Below, piece after piece: positions 7,719-15,509 of a stretch of DNA of 15,509 bases; the stretch's first letter is position 1, and every line of letters begins with the position of its first letter. The notes beneath the pieces were generated by a model. It had not been told where the DNA came from and searched no databases. It saw nothing but the letters and a program-made list of their open reading frames with translations. The DNA is taken from NCBI GenBank assembly GCA_038523235.1, contig JBCBJQ010000126.1:1-15509 (forward strand), in the 5' to 3' direction. A program made the translations under genes and the position numbers. The stretch is from Cyanobacteria bacterium J06626_4. Lineage in GTDB: Bacteria; Cyanobacteriota; Cyanobacteriia; Phormidesmidales; Phormidesmidaceae.

Positions 7719-8207
7719 TTAGGCGTACTCTGCGCCCGATCGCGCCCACAATCGATAGGGATGCTTCGCCAGATTGGCGTTGTAGTAGCGCGCATCCTCA
7801 GAGACCTCAAGACCGGCCCAAGGCGGCAGGCTAAAAGATTCAGTTTCGCTGCTGAGTTCGACCTCCGCCAAGATTAAGCCCGCATTGTCGCCCAAAAATT
7901 CATCCACTTCCCAGAGATGACTGCCGACGTTGAGGCGATAGCGCCATTTTTCGATCAGCGGCGGTGCGCACAAATCGGCCAGTAGGGTTTCCGCGTCGGC
8001 TAGGGGGATGGGATACTCAAACTCTTGGCGAGAGACGCCGCTCGTTGGCCCTTTGATGGTGAGATAACCGCGATCGCCCACCACTCTGACCCGCACGGTC
8101 GTCTGGTTCTGCGTGGGCACATAGCCCTGACGATACAGCGTCCCCTGGGCGCGCTGCCGCCATGATAGATCCGTCACCAAAAATTTTCGCTCAATTTCTT
8201 GGGCCAT
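7719..8207 (-). CDS. CYTH domain protein (class IV adenylate cyclase/triphosphatase-like)
   Basis: MAQEIERKFLV (ExExK motif), VRVR, YLTIKG, EFEY, IEKWRY, WEVDEF, LAEVEL. Likely start is ATG 8207 (162 aa); the ORF track starts at 8261. Confidence 0.92.
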   Translation of the reverse strand: MAQEIERKFLVTDLSWRQRAQGTLYRQGYVPTQNQTTVRVRVVGDRGYLTIKGPTSGVSRQEFEYPIPLADAETLLADLCAPPLIEKWRYRLNVGSHLWEVDEFLGDNAGLILAEVELSSETESFSLPPWAGLEVSEDARYYNANLAKHPYRLWARSGAEYA

Positions 8208-8257
8208 AGCCCCTGCCCCCGACTTGGTCTTGACTGCGCGCCGACTAGACGCGCTGA

Positions 8258-8744
8258 TCATACCGTCCCGAGGGTCCAGACTCTGCCCGTCTGAGCGCGC
8301 AAAAAGTCGAGGAGTTCGTAGGGGTGTGGCTGTGCCGCGATTGCCCCCGGCTGCAGTGTGGCTAACTGGGTGCCAAACCGGTTAGGTAGCGAAGTAGGGA
8401 GATTAGAGGCGATCAGATGGGCATCGGCAAACTCAGTCGTCTCGCCACCGATAAACCTGCCAAAGGTGCGATCGCCCTGGGGTGAGCATTGAACTTCAAC
8501 AATGCAGGTGGGCTCAGGCCGATGCTGCAGTCCAGCACAGTTCACCCCCGATCGGGCCAAAAGATGGGCCAACTGCTGGCCCGGTGAGTCGTTACCCACC
8601 ACGCCGACAAAAGCAGTCGCGAGTCCCAATCGTGCGAGAGCGGCAGCCACATTAGCCGGGGACACCGCCAGGTAAATCTTCATGGTCTCCCGCTGGGGCA
8701 ACCAGGCGATCAATCAAGACTTCGCCTAAACAAACCACGGTCAT
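8258..8744 (-). pseudogene. PfkB/fructokinase family carbohydrate kinase pseudogene (frameshift plus internal deletion)
   Basis: Frame 1 from ATG 8744 reads MTVVCLGEVLID...LPGGVPG* (TAA 8652-8654). Another frame continues PANVAAALARLG...GND..G, so there is one extra base near GGGG 8658-8661. After FADAHL the sequence jumps to the C-terminal QPGAIAAQP and lacks the N..E and DTTGAGD motifs. Confidence 0.82.
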
Positions 8745-8887
8745 GGTGGCTAATTCTCACCCCTGCAGCAACAGATTTCACCCGCGATTCTCCACGCTGA
8801 TCACTGTTCGGGAGCCGCCCCTAGGAGCCTAGAGCGGGGCCATGGTCCCAAAGCTCCGGTCATTCTGGCCGCTACCAACAGGCGTGA

Positions 8888-9859
8888 TCAATAAACGCGT
8901 CTGAGTACATAACTGCCGAGTTCAACCAGAGCTTTTTGGGGTTCCGACGACGGCAGATCTTGCAGGCAGGCGATCGCTCGGTCAATATGCTGAGTGGCTA
9001 AATCGCGCGATCGGGCAATGCCATCACTTTTGTGAATGAGCCCAATGGCCTGCTCAAAGTCGTCGGCTTCCGCAAATTCCCGCTCAATCAAACCGGCCAG
9101 ATAGGGAGTTTCTTCAAGGGCATACAGCACCGGAGCGGTTAGGTTGCCACTTTTGAGGTCAGAGCCTGCTGGTTTACCCAGCACCTCACTGGAGCCAGTG
9201 AAATCCAAAATGTCATCTACAATTTGAAACGCCAAGCCCAAGTTGCGCCCGTAAGCATAGAGATTGTCTAACTGATGATCAGGCAATCCACTCAAAACGC
9301 CCACGGACTTAGCGCTATTGGCAATCAGCGAGGCCGTCTTGTAGTAGCTCTTGTCCAGATAAGCCTCTAGGGTTAGCCCCGTATCAAACCGGTTGAGCCC
9401 CTGCTGGATCTCACCTTCAGCCAAATCCATGATCACCTCTGACAAGAGCTTGACCACGGTGAGATTGTCGAGGTTGGCCAAATACCACGAGGATTGGGCA
9501 AACAGAAAATCGCCCGCCAGCACGGCCACGCGATTGCCAAAACTACTGTGGACAGTCGGCACTCCCCGCCGCACGTCCGACTCGTCAACGACGTCATCGT
9601 GCACCAGACTGGCCGTGTGAATCATCTCAGTGATTTCGGCCAGGCGACGATGCTGTGGCAAAATATCGGACTCTAGTGACACTGCCCGCGCCAGCAGCAG
9701 CACGATCGCGGGTCGAATACGCTTACCCCCGGCACCAAACAAATGCTCGGCAGCAGCATACAGAATCGGATGTTTCGCACCAACCAGATTCTTTAAGTTG
9801 TCAACTAAAGTGTGCAGGTCGGATTCAACCGGAGCAAATAAAGAAGTAACTGAAACCAT
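8888..9859 (-). CDS. sds: Solanesyl diphosphate synthase
   Basis: 323 aa, GGKRIRP, LVHDDVVD (FARM), RRG, FQIVDDILD (SARM), GKPAGSDL. N-terminus MVSVTSLFAPVE is typical of cyanobacterial Sds. Confidence 0.93.
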   Translation of the reverse strand: MVSVTSLFAPVESDLHTLVDNLKNLVGAKHPILYAAAEHLFGAGGKRIRPAIVLLLARAVSLESDILPQHRRLAEITEMIHTASLVHDDVVDESDVRRGVPTVHSSFGNRVAVLAGDFLFAQSSWYLANLDNLTVVKLLSEVIMDLAEGEIQQGLNRFDTGLTLEAYLDKSYYKTASLIANSAKSVGVLSGLPDHQLDNLYAYGRNLGLAFQIVDDILDFTGSSEVLGKPAGSDLKSGNLTAPVLYALEETPYLAGLIEREFAEADDFEQAIGLIHKSDGIARSRDLATQHIDRAIACLQDLPSSEPQKALVELGSYVLRRVY

Positions 9860-9882
9860 GGATAAGCCGACTCAGGCGGAGG

Positions 9883-9900
9883 TTTACGAAATTTTACAGT
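9883..9900. promoter_or_regulatory. HLR1-like (RpaB-binding) direct repeat upstream of sds
   Basis: TTTACGAA-AT-TTTACAGT vs consensus (G/T)TTACA(T/A)(T/A)-N2-(G/T)TTACA(T/A)(T/A): one mismatch per half-site, 24-41 nt upstream of the sds ATG. Confidence 0.55.
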
Positions 9901-10472
9901 TCTAATCTTATTCTAAGGTAACCCAACCAGGGAGATGGCGATATGAGCGATGAGAACTCCCTATCATCGCCCCTGATTAGAGCACCCATCCGTTACTCCA
10001 GGCCGACAGTTTGCTGCAAACTCTGGCACATCACTGTTTCTGGCAACCTGCATGGCTGAGGAAATTCGCACCGAGAAAATCCCGCGCTGAAGCAAGGCGT
10101 ACATTTTCGGTAAAATCTGTCAAAGTCTTGCCACCAGCGATGTCGAGACACCATGGCTTATGCTATAGTTACTATTAAGATTTGAACTTAACTGAATAGT
10201 GCTGTACTCCAAATTTACCGCTGGTCTTCAGGACTGCTTATTGTGGCGGTAGTTTGGGGCGGCTGTCGTTTATCGCTAGGAGTTCGGTGGGCTATCGCTA
10301 AACAAGCAACTTTTTGAGGTGAGAAGGGGGGTCATTATTGATCCTGATTTTTTCCTTGATCCATACTTGTATCGCGTCGCGCCAAGCAGATATCAGGGCG
10401 AAAACGGCATCTGTCATTGATGAGGAGACAGTGCTTCTAGTTCTTGTTACTTGATTTCTCCCTGCCATCGAA

Positions 10473-10604
10473 ATGAGTTTTATTGCCGCGCCCACTCTCT
10501 GGATTTTGATGCTCGCCGTCGGGTATCTCTTTTTCGTTTACAGCTTTCTCTGGTGGGCTCAGCGAGCCCGTAAGCCGGCCAGTAAACAAAGACCGAGTCT
10601 CTAA
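10473..10604 (+). CDS. Putative small single-pass membrane protein (43 aa)
   Basis: MSFIAAPTLWILMLAVGYLFFVYSFLWWAQRARKPASKQRPSL*: uncharged hydrophobic stretch followed by a basic tail, located in an otherwise empty 860-bp intergenic region. No clear SD sequence. Confidence 0.6.
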   Translation: MSFIAAPTLWILMLAVGYLFFVYSFLWWAQRARKPASKQRPSL

Positions 10605-10721
10605 GCAGATGCGATTTTGTCAAACCGGTGCGCGGCTAAATTTTGGCCTCTGTCGATGTTGAATCAGGCACGACAGCAGTTTGTGCTGAGTTGGTGACAA
10701 CATCCGGATCAAGTCGGATGA

Positions 10722-12518
10722 CTACTCTACAGACTCGACATCGTCAGTTGGCAGCGTGGGCGTCAGGCGGCCCGCGACCCACCAGCCCACACCACCAGCG
10801 ATGCACAGAATCGCGATCGCCATGATTGCCACCCACCAACGCGGCACTGTGGCCTTGGGAGCCCCCTCCGTAGAACTGGCGACGGCCGCTTCGGCGGCGG
10901 TTTCTTCACCATAGAGCAACGCCTTAGACGCTTCCGTGAGATCTTCTGCTGCCGGAGCCTCTGCCGGTGCTGGTTGATCAGGCATAGTGTCGTAGGCGGC
11001 ATTCAAAGCTGGCTTAATCTGCATCAGCACGACTGAGACATTGTCATGGCCATTTTTCTGATTGGCCAGCTCAATCCAAGAGTCGACAGCCGCCTGCAGG
11101 GAAATAATGTTTTTAGTGATCAGGCCGATGTAGTTGGCCCATGCCTTTTCGATCTGCTGATGATCGCTCAGACCGTCAGAGCACAGCAGCAACACGCCTT
11201 CTTCATCCACGGCAAACCGTTGTACGTGGGGCGTGACGTAGCGGCTGCCACGGGTGCCCAGCGCTTGGGTCAAGGAACCGGCTTCTGGGCGATCTCGCAG
11301 CGCCGTATAAAAGGCTCGACCGGCAAGGGTTTCCCGACTCGCAATGTCGTCATCCACGGTGATTTGATGACAATAATCGGGAGTAATCCAGTAGGCTCGA
11401 CTATCACCGACATGGGCAATATAAAGATCGTCGGTTTGCACCCAGCCTTGCGGCGTCTTGATCCGCTGGGGCACCACCAATGCCATGACCAAAGTGGTGC
11501 CCATCCGCTGGCGATCGCTGCGACTCTGCAGGTCGTTTTGTGTATTGACTAAGTCATTAACCACTCGCACGGCGGCTTCAATTTGTTGGGCCACGACCTC
11601 GGGCGGCACGGCATTGTCTTCTCGTCCTGATTCTGCCAGCAGGCCTTGCAGCTGCAGCTGCAGCGATCTCACCACAATTTGGCTGGCCACCTCACCGGCC
11701 TCGTGGCCCCCCACGCCATCACACACGATGGCCATACGCGGGGTCGGAATTTCGGGCTGTTCGCCTTCGGGATAGCAGGCATCTTCGTTGCGCGACTGGT
11801 TTGGCCCCGCATGGGTTTCCCCCGCCGTGCGGAAACGTGGACGATAGGGGGCCAGTTCCTTCAGTAATAGATAGTTGAGATCGACGGTGAGCTGAGCCGG
11901 GGACATCTCACCAGCGGCCAAAGCCTGACAGACGTTCTTCAAGGCATCGGCGATCTCAGGTTGCGCTTCGTCCACCAATACCTGCCAAGACTGCGACAGC
12001 GTCGTAAAAGTGGGTGGCTGGGCATCCGGCGTCAGCTGTAGCAACCGCACCCGCCAGCCCTCGACCCGCACGAGGGCTAAATCCAGCAGGCTACTTGCCA
12101 CACCCACTTCTAACAAAGGCTGCCAGAGCTGCCAGAGCTGCCAGAGCCAAGATAGCTGACGCGCTGAAGAGGCCGTCGCCCACTGGCTCAGCAGGTCTGG
12201 GTAGAGCTTTTCTGCTCGAATATTGATCGGGGCGTTTTCCAACAAGATCCACGGGGACTTGCCTTTTTGCGTCAAGACATCATAAACGCCTGGCACATGC
12301 AAGCGATGACTGTGCGACTTCAAATAAGGAATCGCCGTTTCCGGAATGGCGTCTGGTGTCGCGGGGGGCATTTCAGGCTGAGTATCTTGCCAAATCTGGG
12401 GCGCTAAAACCTCGTAGCGATCGCCCACGATGTCACCGACAGGAACAGATTCCGCCCCCGTACCCATTGCCCACAGACACACTTTCGTTGAAGAACTCAC
12501 TCGCTCAGCACTCGTCAT
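10722..12518 (-). CDS. PP2C-family Ser/Thr protein phosphatase with N-terminal extension and C-terminal TM
   Basis: 598 aa, motifs RNEDA, VCDGVGGH, MGTTLV, HVGDSRAY, LTQALG, LLCSDGL, GHDNVS; hydrophobic C-terminal helix. Confidence 0.92.
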   Translation of the reverse strand: MTSAERVSSSTKVCLWAMGTGAESVPVGDIVGDRYEVLAPQIWQDTQPEMPPATPDAIPETAIPYLKSHSHRLHVPGVYDVLTQKGKSPWILLENAPINIRAEKLYPDLLSQWATASSARQLSWLWQLWQLWQPLLEVGVASSLLDLALVRVEGWRVRLLQLTPDAQPPTFTTLSQSWQVLVDEAQPEIADALKNVCQALAAGEMSPAQLTVDLNYLLLKELAPYRPRFRTAGETHAGPNQSRNEDACYPEGEQPEIPTPRMAIVCDGVGGHEAGEVASQIVVRSLQLQLQGLLAESGREDNAVPPEVVAQQIEAAVRVVNDLVNTQNDLQSRSDRQRMGTTLVMALVVPQRIKTPQGWVQTDDLYIAHVGDSRAYWITPDYCHQITVDDDIASRETLAGRAFYTALRDRPEAGSLTQALGTRGSRYVTPHVQRFAVDEEGVLLLCSDGLSDHQQIEKAWANYIGLITKNIISLQAAVDSWIELANQKNGHDNVSVVLMQIKPALNAAYDTMPDQPAPAEAPAAEDLTEASKALLYGEETAAEAAVASSTEGAPKATVPRWWVAIMAIAILCIAGGVGWWVAGRLTPTLPTDDVESVE

Positions 12519-13105
12519 TAACTTAGTTGACTCTGCCCGATCACAACACTGCCCGTAGCGTCCCTTGCCACCTCTTGGCTCAAGATTAGGTTAATCCTAG
12601 TGGATCTTTTGAGAATCGCTCGCTACTGTTTCCTCACATTTGACCGACTCTTGGTAATCGGTAACCCTTCCCAATCTTTCCAGATTTGTTTTAGCCGCCT
12701 CGAACGCCTACTTGGCCAGGAAGAAAGACTCAGACTTTTTAATGTCGCTTGCACAGGGACCGACAAGGATTCAGAGCGGTGACGGGGTATCAGCACCCAG
12801 CACCGAAGTGTGTGCCATCCCCTAGGACGACAAAGCGTCAAACCTAAACGAATTGTGCCGATTGTAAATAACCCAGCAAAAACGGGGCCATCATAGTTAC
12901 GAAGCATTACTTTTGCTCGCTGGAAACACTCAAAGTACGGTCGAGGTTAAATTCGCTCGCATTGACTCCGACATTGAGTCAGCACTCATTTGAGCAAACT
13001 GAGATACCCAGAACTCAGGAAATCGGCTTTTAGCACTTGAAGTTATCCACAGTCGAGCACGAAATATTCGGTAGCGATTATCGGTTGAGAACGATTGAGT
13101 AGGTT

Positions 13106-13528
13106 ATGAGTCTTCCGCTATTTTGGTTCATTGTGGGTGCCGTGCTCTGTTTAATGGAGCTGTTTTTGCCGACGGCCTTTGTCGAGGCAACCTTTGGTGT
13201 AAGTGCTCTTATTGTGTCGGCGATCGCCCTTCTCATCCCACAGTTTGGCGTTCAAGTTTGCATTTGGCTGGTGCTTTCGGTGCTGTTTACCTGGGGACTG
13301 AAGCGATTTGTCCCGAAACGCACCCCTTATATTCTGGCCGATGCCACCGAGGCTCGAACGCTAACGGCCATTGCCCCTGGAAAAACCGGACGCGTTTTGT
13401 ATGAAGGCAATTCATGGCAGGCTCGCTGCGAAGATCAAGACGTGCTGATTGGTGCTGACGAACTTGTCATTGTGACGGGACGTCGAGGGAATACTCTCTG
13501 GATCATGCCTGAGCAAAGTATTCAGTAA
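13106..13528 (+). CDS. NfeD family membrane protein
   Basis: 140 aa with three hydrophobic segments and C-terminal OB-like GRVLYEGNSWQARC...GNTL; directly upstream of an SPFH gene, the usual pairing. Confidence 0.9.
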   Translation: MSLPLFWFIVGAVLCLMELFLPTAFVEATFGVSALIVSAIALLIPQFGVQVCIWLVLSVLFTWGLKRFVPKRTPYILADATEARTLTAIAPGKTGRVLYEGNSWQARCEDQDVLIGADELVIVTGRRGNTLWIMPEQSIQ

Positions 13529-13614
13529 TTCGAACGCCCGCCCCTGATTTCGCAAGGTGCGTCATCAGTTTGATCTAATTTTGTTTGATTTTCCATACTT
13601 TTGAGGATAGTTCT

Positions 13615-14589
13615 ATGAACCCCCTTGGTTTTCTGTTTGTGCTAGCGCTGGGTGGCGGTGTGGCAGCGAGTGCCGTCAAAATCGTCAACCAGAGCGACGA
13701 GGCATTGGTAGAGACTTTAGGACGCTACAACGGGAAAAAGCTGACCCCGGGTCTCAACTTCATCACGCCCGTTGTCGATAAGGTGGTCTACAAACAAACC
13801 GTGCGCGAACGTGTGCTTGATGTGCCACCCCAGTCCTGTATTACCCGAGACAATGTCTCAATTTCCGTCGATGCCGTGGTGTATTGGCGCATCATCGATT
13901 TGGAAAAGGCCTACTACAAAGTCGAAAATCTCCAGGCAGCCATGGTGAATCTGGTGCTAACCCAGATTCGGGCGGAGATGGGCCAGTTAGAACTCGACGA
14001 TACCTTTACGGCGCGCTCTGAAATCAACGAATCGCTGTTGCGCGAACTCGATATTTCTACCGATCCCTGGGGTGTTAAGGTGACGCGCGTTGAGCTGCGG
14101 GACATCATGCCGTCTAAGGCCGTACAAGATTCGATGGAGCTGCAGATGGCAGCAGAACGGCGCAAGCGAGCGGCCGTCTTGACCTCGGAAGGCGAGCGAG
14201 AATCTGCCGTCAACTCGGCTAAAGGGCAGGCTGAATCAGAGGTGCTCGCAGCAGAATCCGGTAAAAAAGCGGCCATTTTGGATGCCGAAGCTCAACAACA
14301 GGCAATTATTTTGAAGGCGCAGGCTTTACGTCAAGAGGCCGTATTGCGGGCGAACGCCACTTCAGAGGCGATGGGAATTTTGGCCGACAAGCTACGTTCC
14401 GATCCCCAAGCTAAAGACGCTCTACAGTTTCTGTTAGCGCAGCACTATCTGGAAATGGGACAGCAGATTGGGACGAGCGATAGCAGCAAAATTATGTTTA
14501 TGGATCCGCGCTCCATACCGGCGACCTTAGAGGGCATGAAAGCGATCGTCGGCAATGGAGAGGAACCGGATCAACCACTTAGCCCCTGA
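13615..14589 (+). CDS. SPFH/band 7 (stomatin/paraslipin-like) protein
   Basis: ATG 13615 after GAGGA. Motifs [46 protein letters not shown] and an AE-rich coiled coil. Confidence 0.93.
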   Translation: MNPLGFLFVLALGGGVAASAVKIVNQSDEALVETLGRYNGKKLTPGLNFITPVVDKVVYKQTVRERVLDVPPQSCITRDNVSISVDAVVYWRIIDLEKAYYKVENLQAAMVNLVLTQIRAEMGQLELDDTFTARSEINESLLRELDISTDPWGVKVTRVELRDIMPSKAVQDSMELQMAAERRKRAAVLTSEGERESAVNSAKGQAESEVLAAESGKKAAILDAEAQQQAIILKAQALRQEAVLRANATSEAMGILADKLRSDPQAKDALQFLLAQHYLEMGQQIGTSDSSKIMFMDPRSIPATLEGMKAIVGNGEEPDQPLSP

Positions 14590-14743
14590 GTATAACGCTG
14601 ACCACTTGGCTGAGGATATTGAAGCCCACTCTGATCCTTCGCACATCGCAAAGTGGCTCGTAGTCTCGTCCTAACCGGACTGGCGACTACTAAAATACTG
14701 CGATTTATTCACTGCGACTCAACCTCATTATTCTCAAATTACC

Positions 14744-14788
14744 AGCCAGTTTTCCAAGCGTCAGTTCGTGTTTGGAAAATTGGCTTTT
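14744..14788 (+). terminator. Stem-loop with short T tract, possible terminator of nfeD-SPFH
   Basis: AGCCAGTTTTCCAA ... TTGGAAAATTGGCT followed by TTT. Confidence 0.5.
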
Positions 14789-14825
14789 AGAATTCTGGCG
14801 ATCGCGTGAGGATGAGGAAATATAC

Positions 14826-14859
14826 AAAAAACAGCGCCCTCCCGTTGGGGAGAGCGCTG
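14826..14859 (-). terminator. Rho-independent terminator of psbA
   Basis: Minus strand reads CAGCGCTCTCCC-CAAC-GGGAGGGCGCTG-TTTTTT, 38 nt after the psbA stop. Confidence 0.85.
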
Positions 14860-14897
14860 CTTCAAATGAAGCTCAGCCTAGCTGAACTGCCTCGAGA

Positions 14898-15509
<612 letters not shown>

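Larger units (their letters stand above)
2277..14805. repeat. HIP1 octamer GCGATCGC, dispersed
   Basis: At least 19 copies counted by eye: 2277, 2346, 3054, 3285, 3366, 3826, 4003, 4540, 4573, 5005, 5020, 6225, 8070, 8468, 8970, 10813, 11511, 12417, 13220, 14798. Confidence 0.9.

Noticed and set aside
12121..12148. Tandem repeat (TGCCAGAGC)x3
   Set aside because: In-frame coding repeat (WLWQLWQLWQ) within a helix of the phosphatase; no sign of a separate function.
12600..12907. Short ORFs 12600-12782 (+) and 12623-12907 (-), considered as nblA or other small genes
   Set aside because: No recognisable motif or protein-like composition; probably spurious.
13043..13051. Perfect DnaA box TTATCCACA
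   Set aside because: Single copy with no cluster or dnaA/dnaN context, so not evidence of an origin.

Overview
Cyanobacterial chromosomal segment: about 19 HIP1 GCGATCGC sites, the 3' part of psbA, and sds. The first ~1.87 kb looks like an integron cassette array. It has a candidate attI (46-64), an ankyrin-repeat cassette closed by a complete attC (1268-1357), and a VOC/glyoxalase cassette whose attC keeps only its left arm (~1847-1872). No integrase is visible; one would be expected upstream of the window. The rest is host sequence: S9 peptidase, TonB-like protein, metallophosphoesterase, CYTH protein, a pfkB pseudogene, sds, a PP2C phosphatase, nfeD plus an SPFH gene, and psbA. Non-genic observations are a nested MITE-in-MITE with two target-site duplications (7275-7714), an unannotated 43-aa membrane ORF behind a structured leader, an HLR1-like site at sds, and a D1 with a short 9-aa C-terminal extension.
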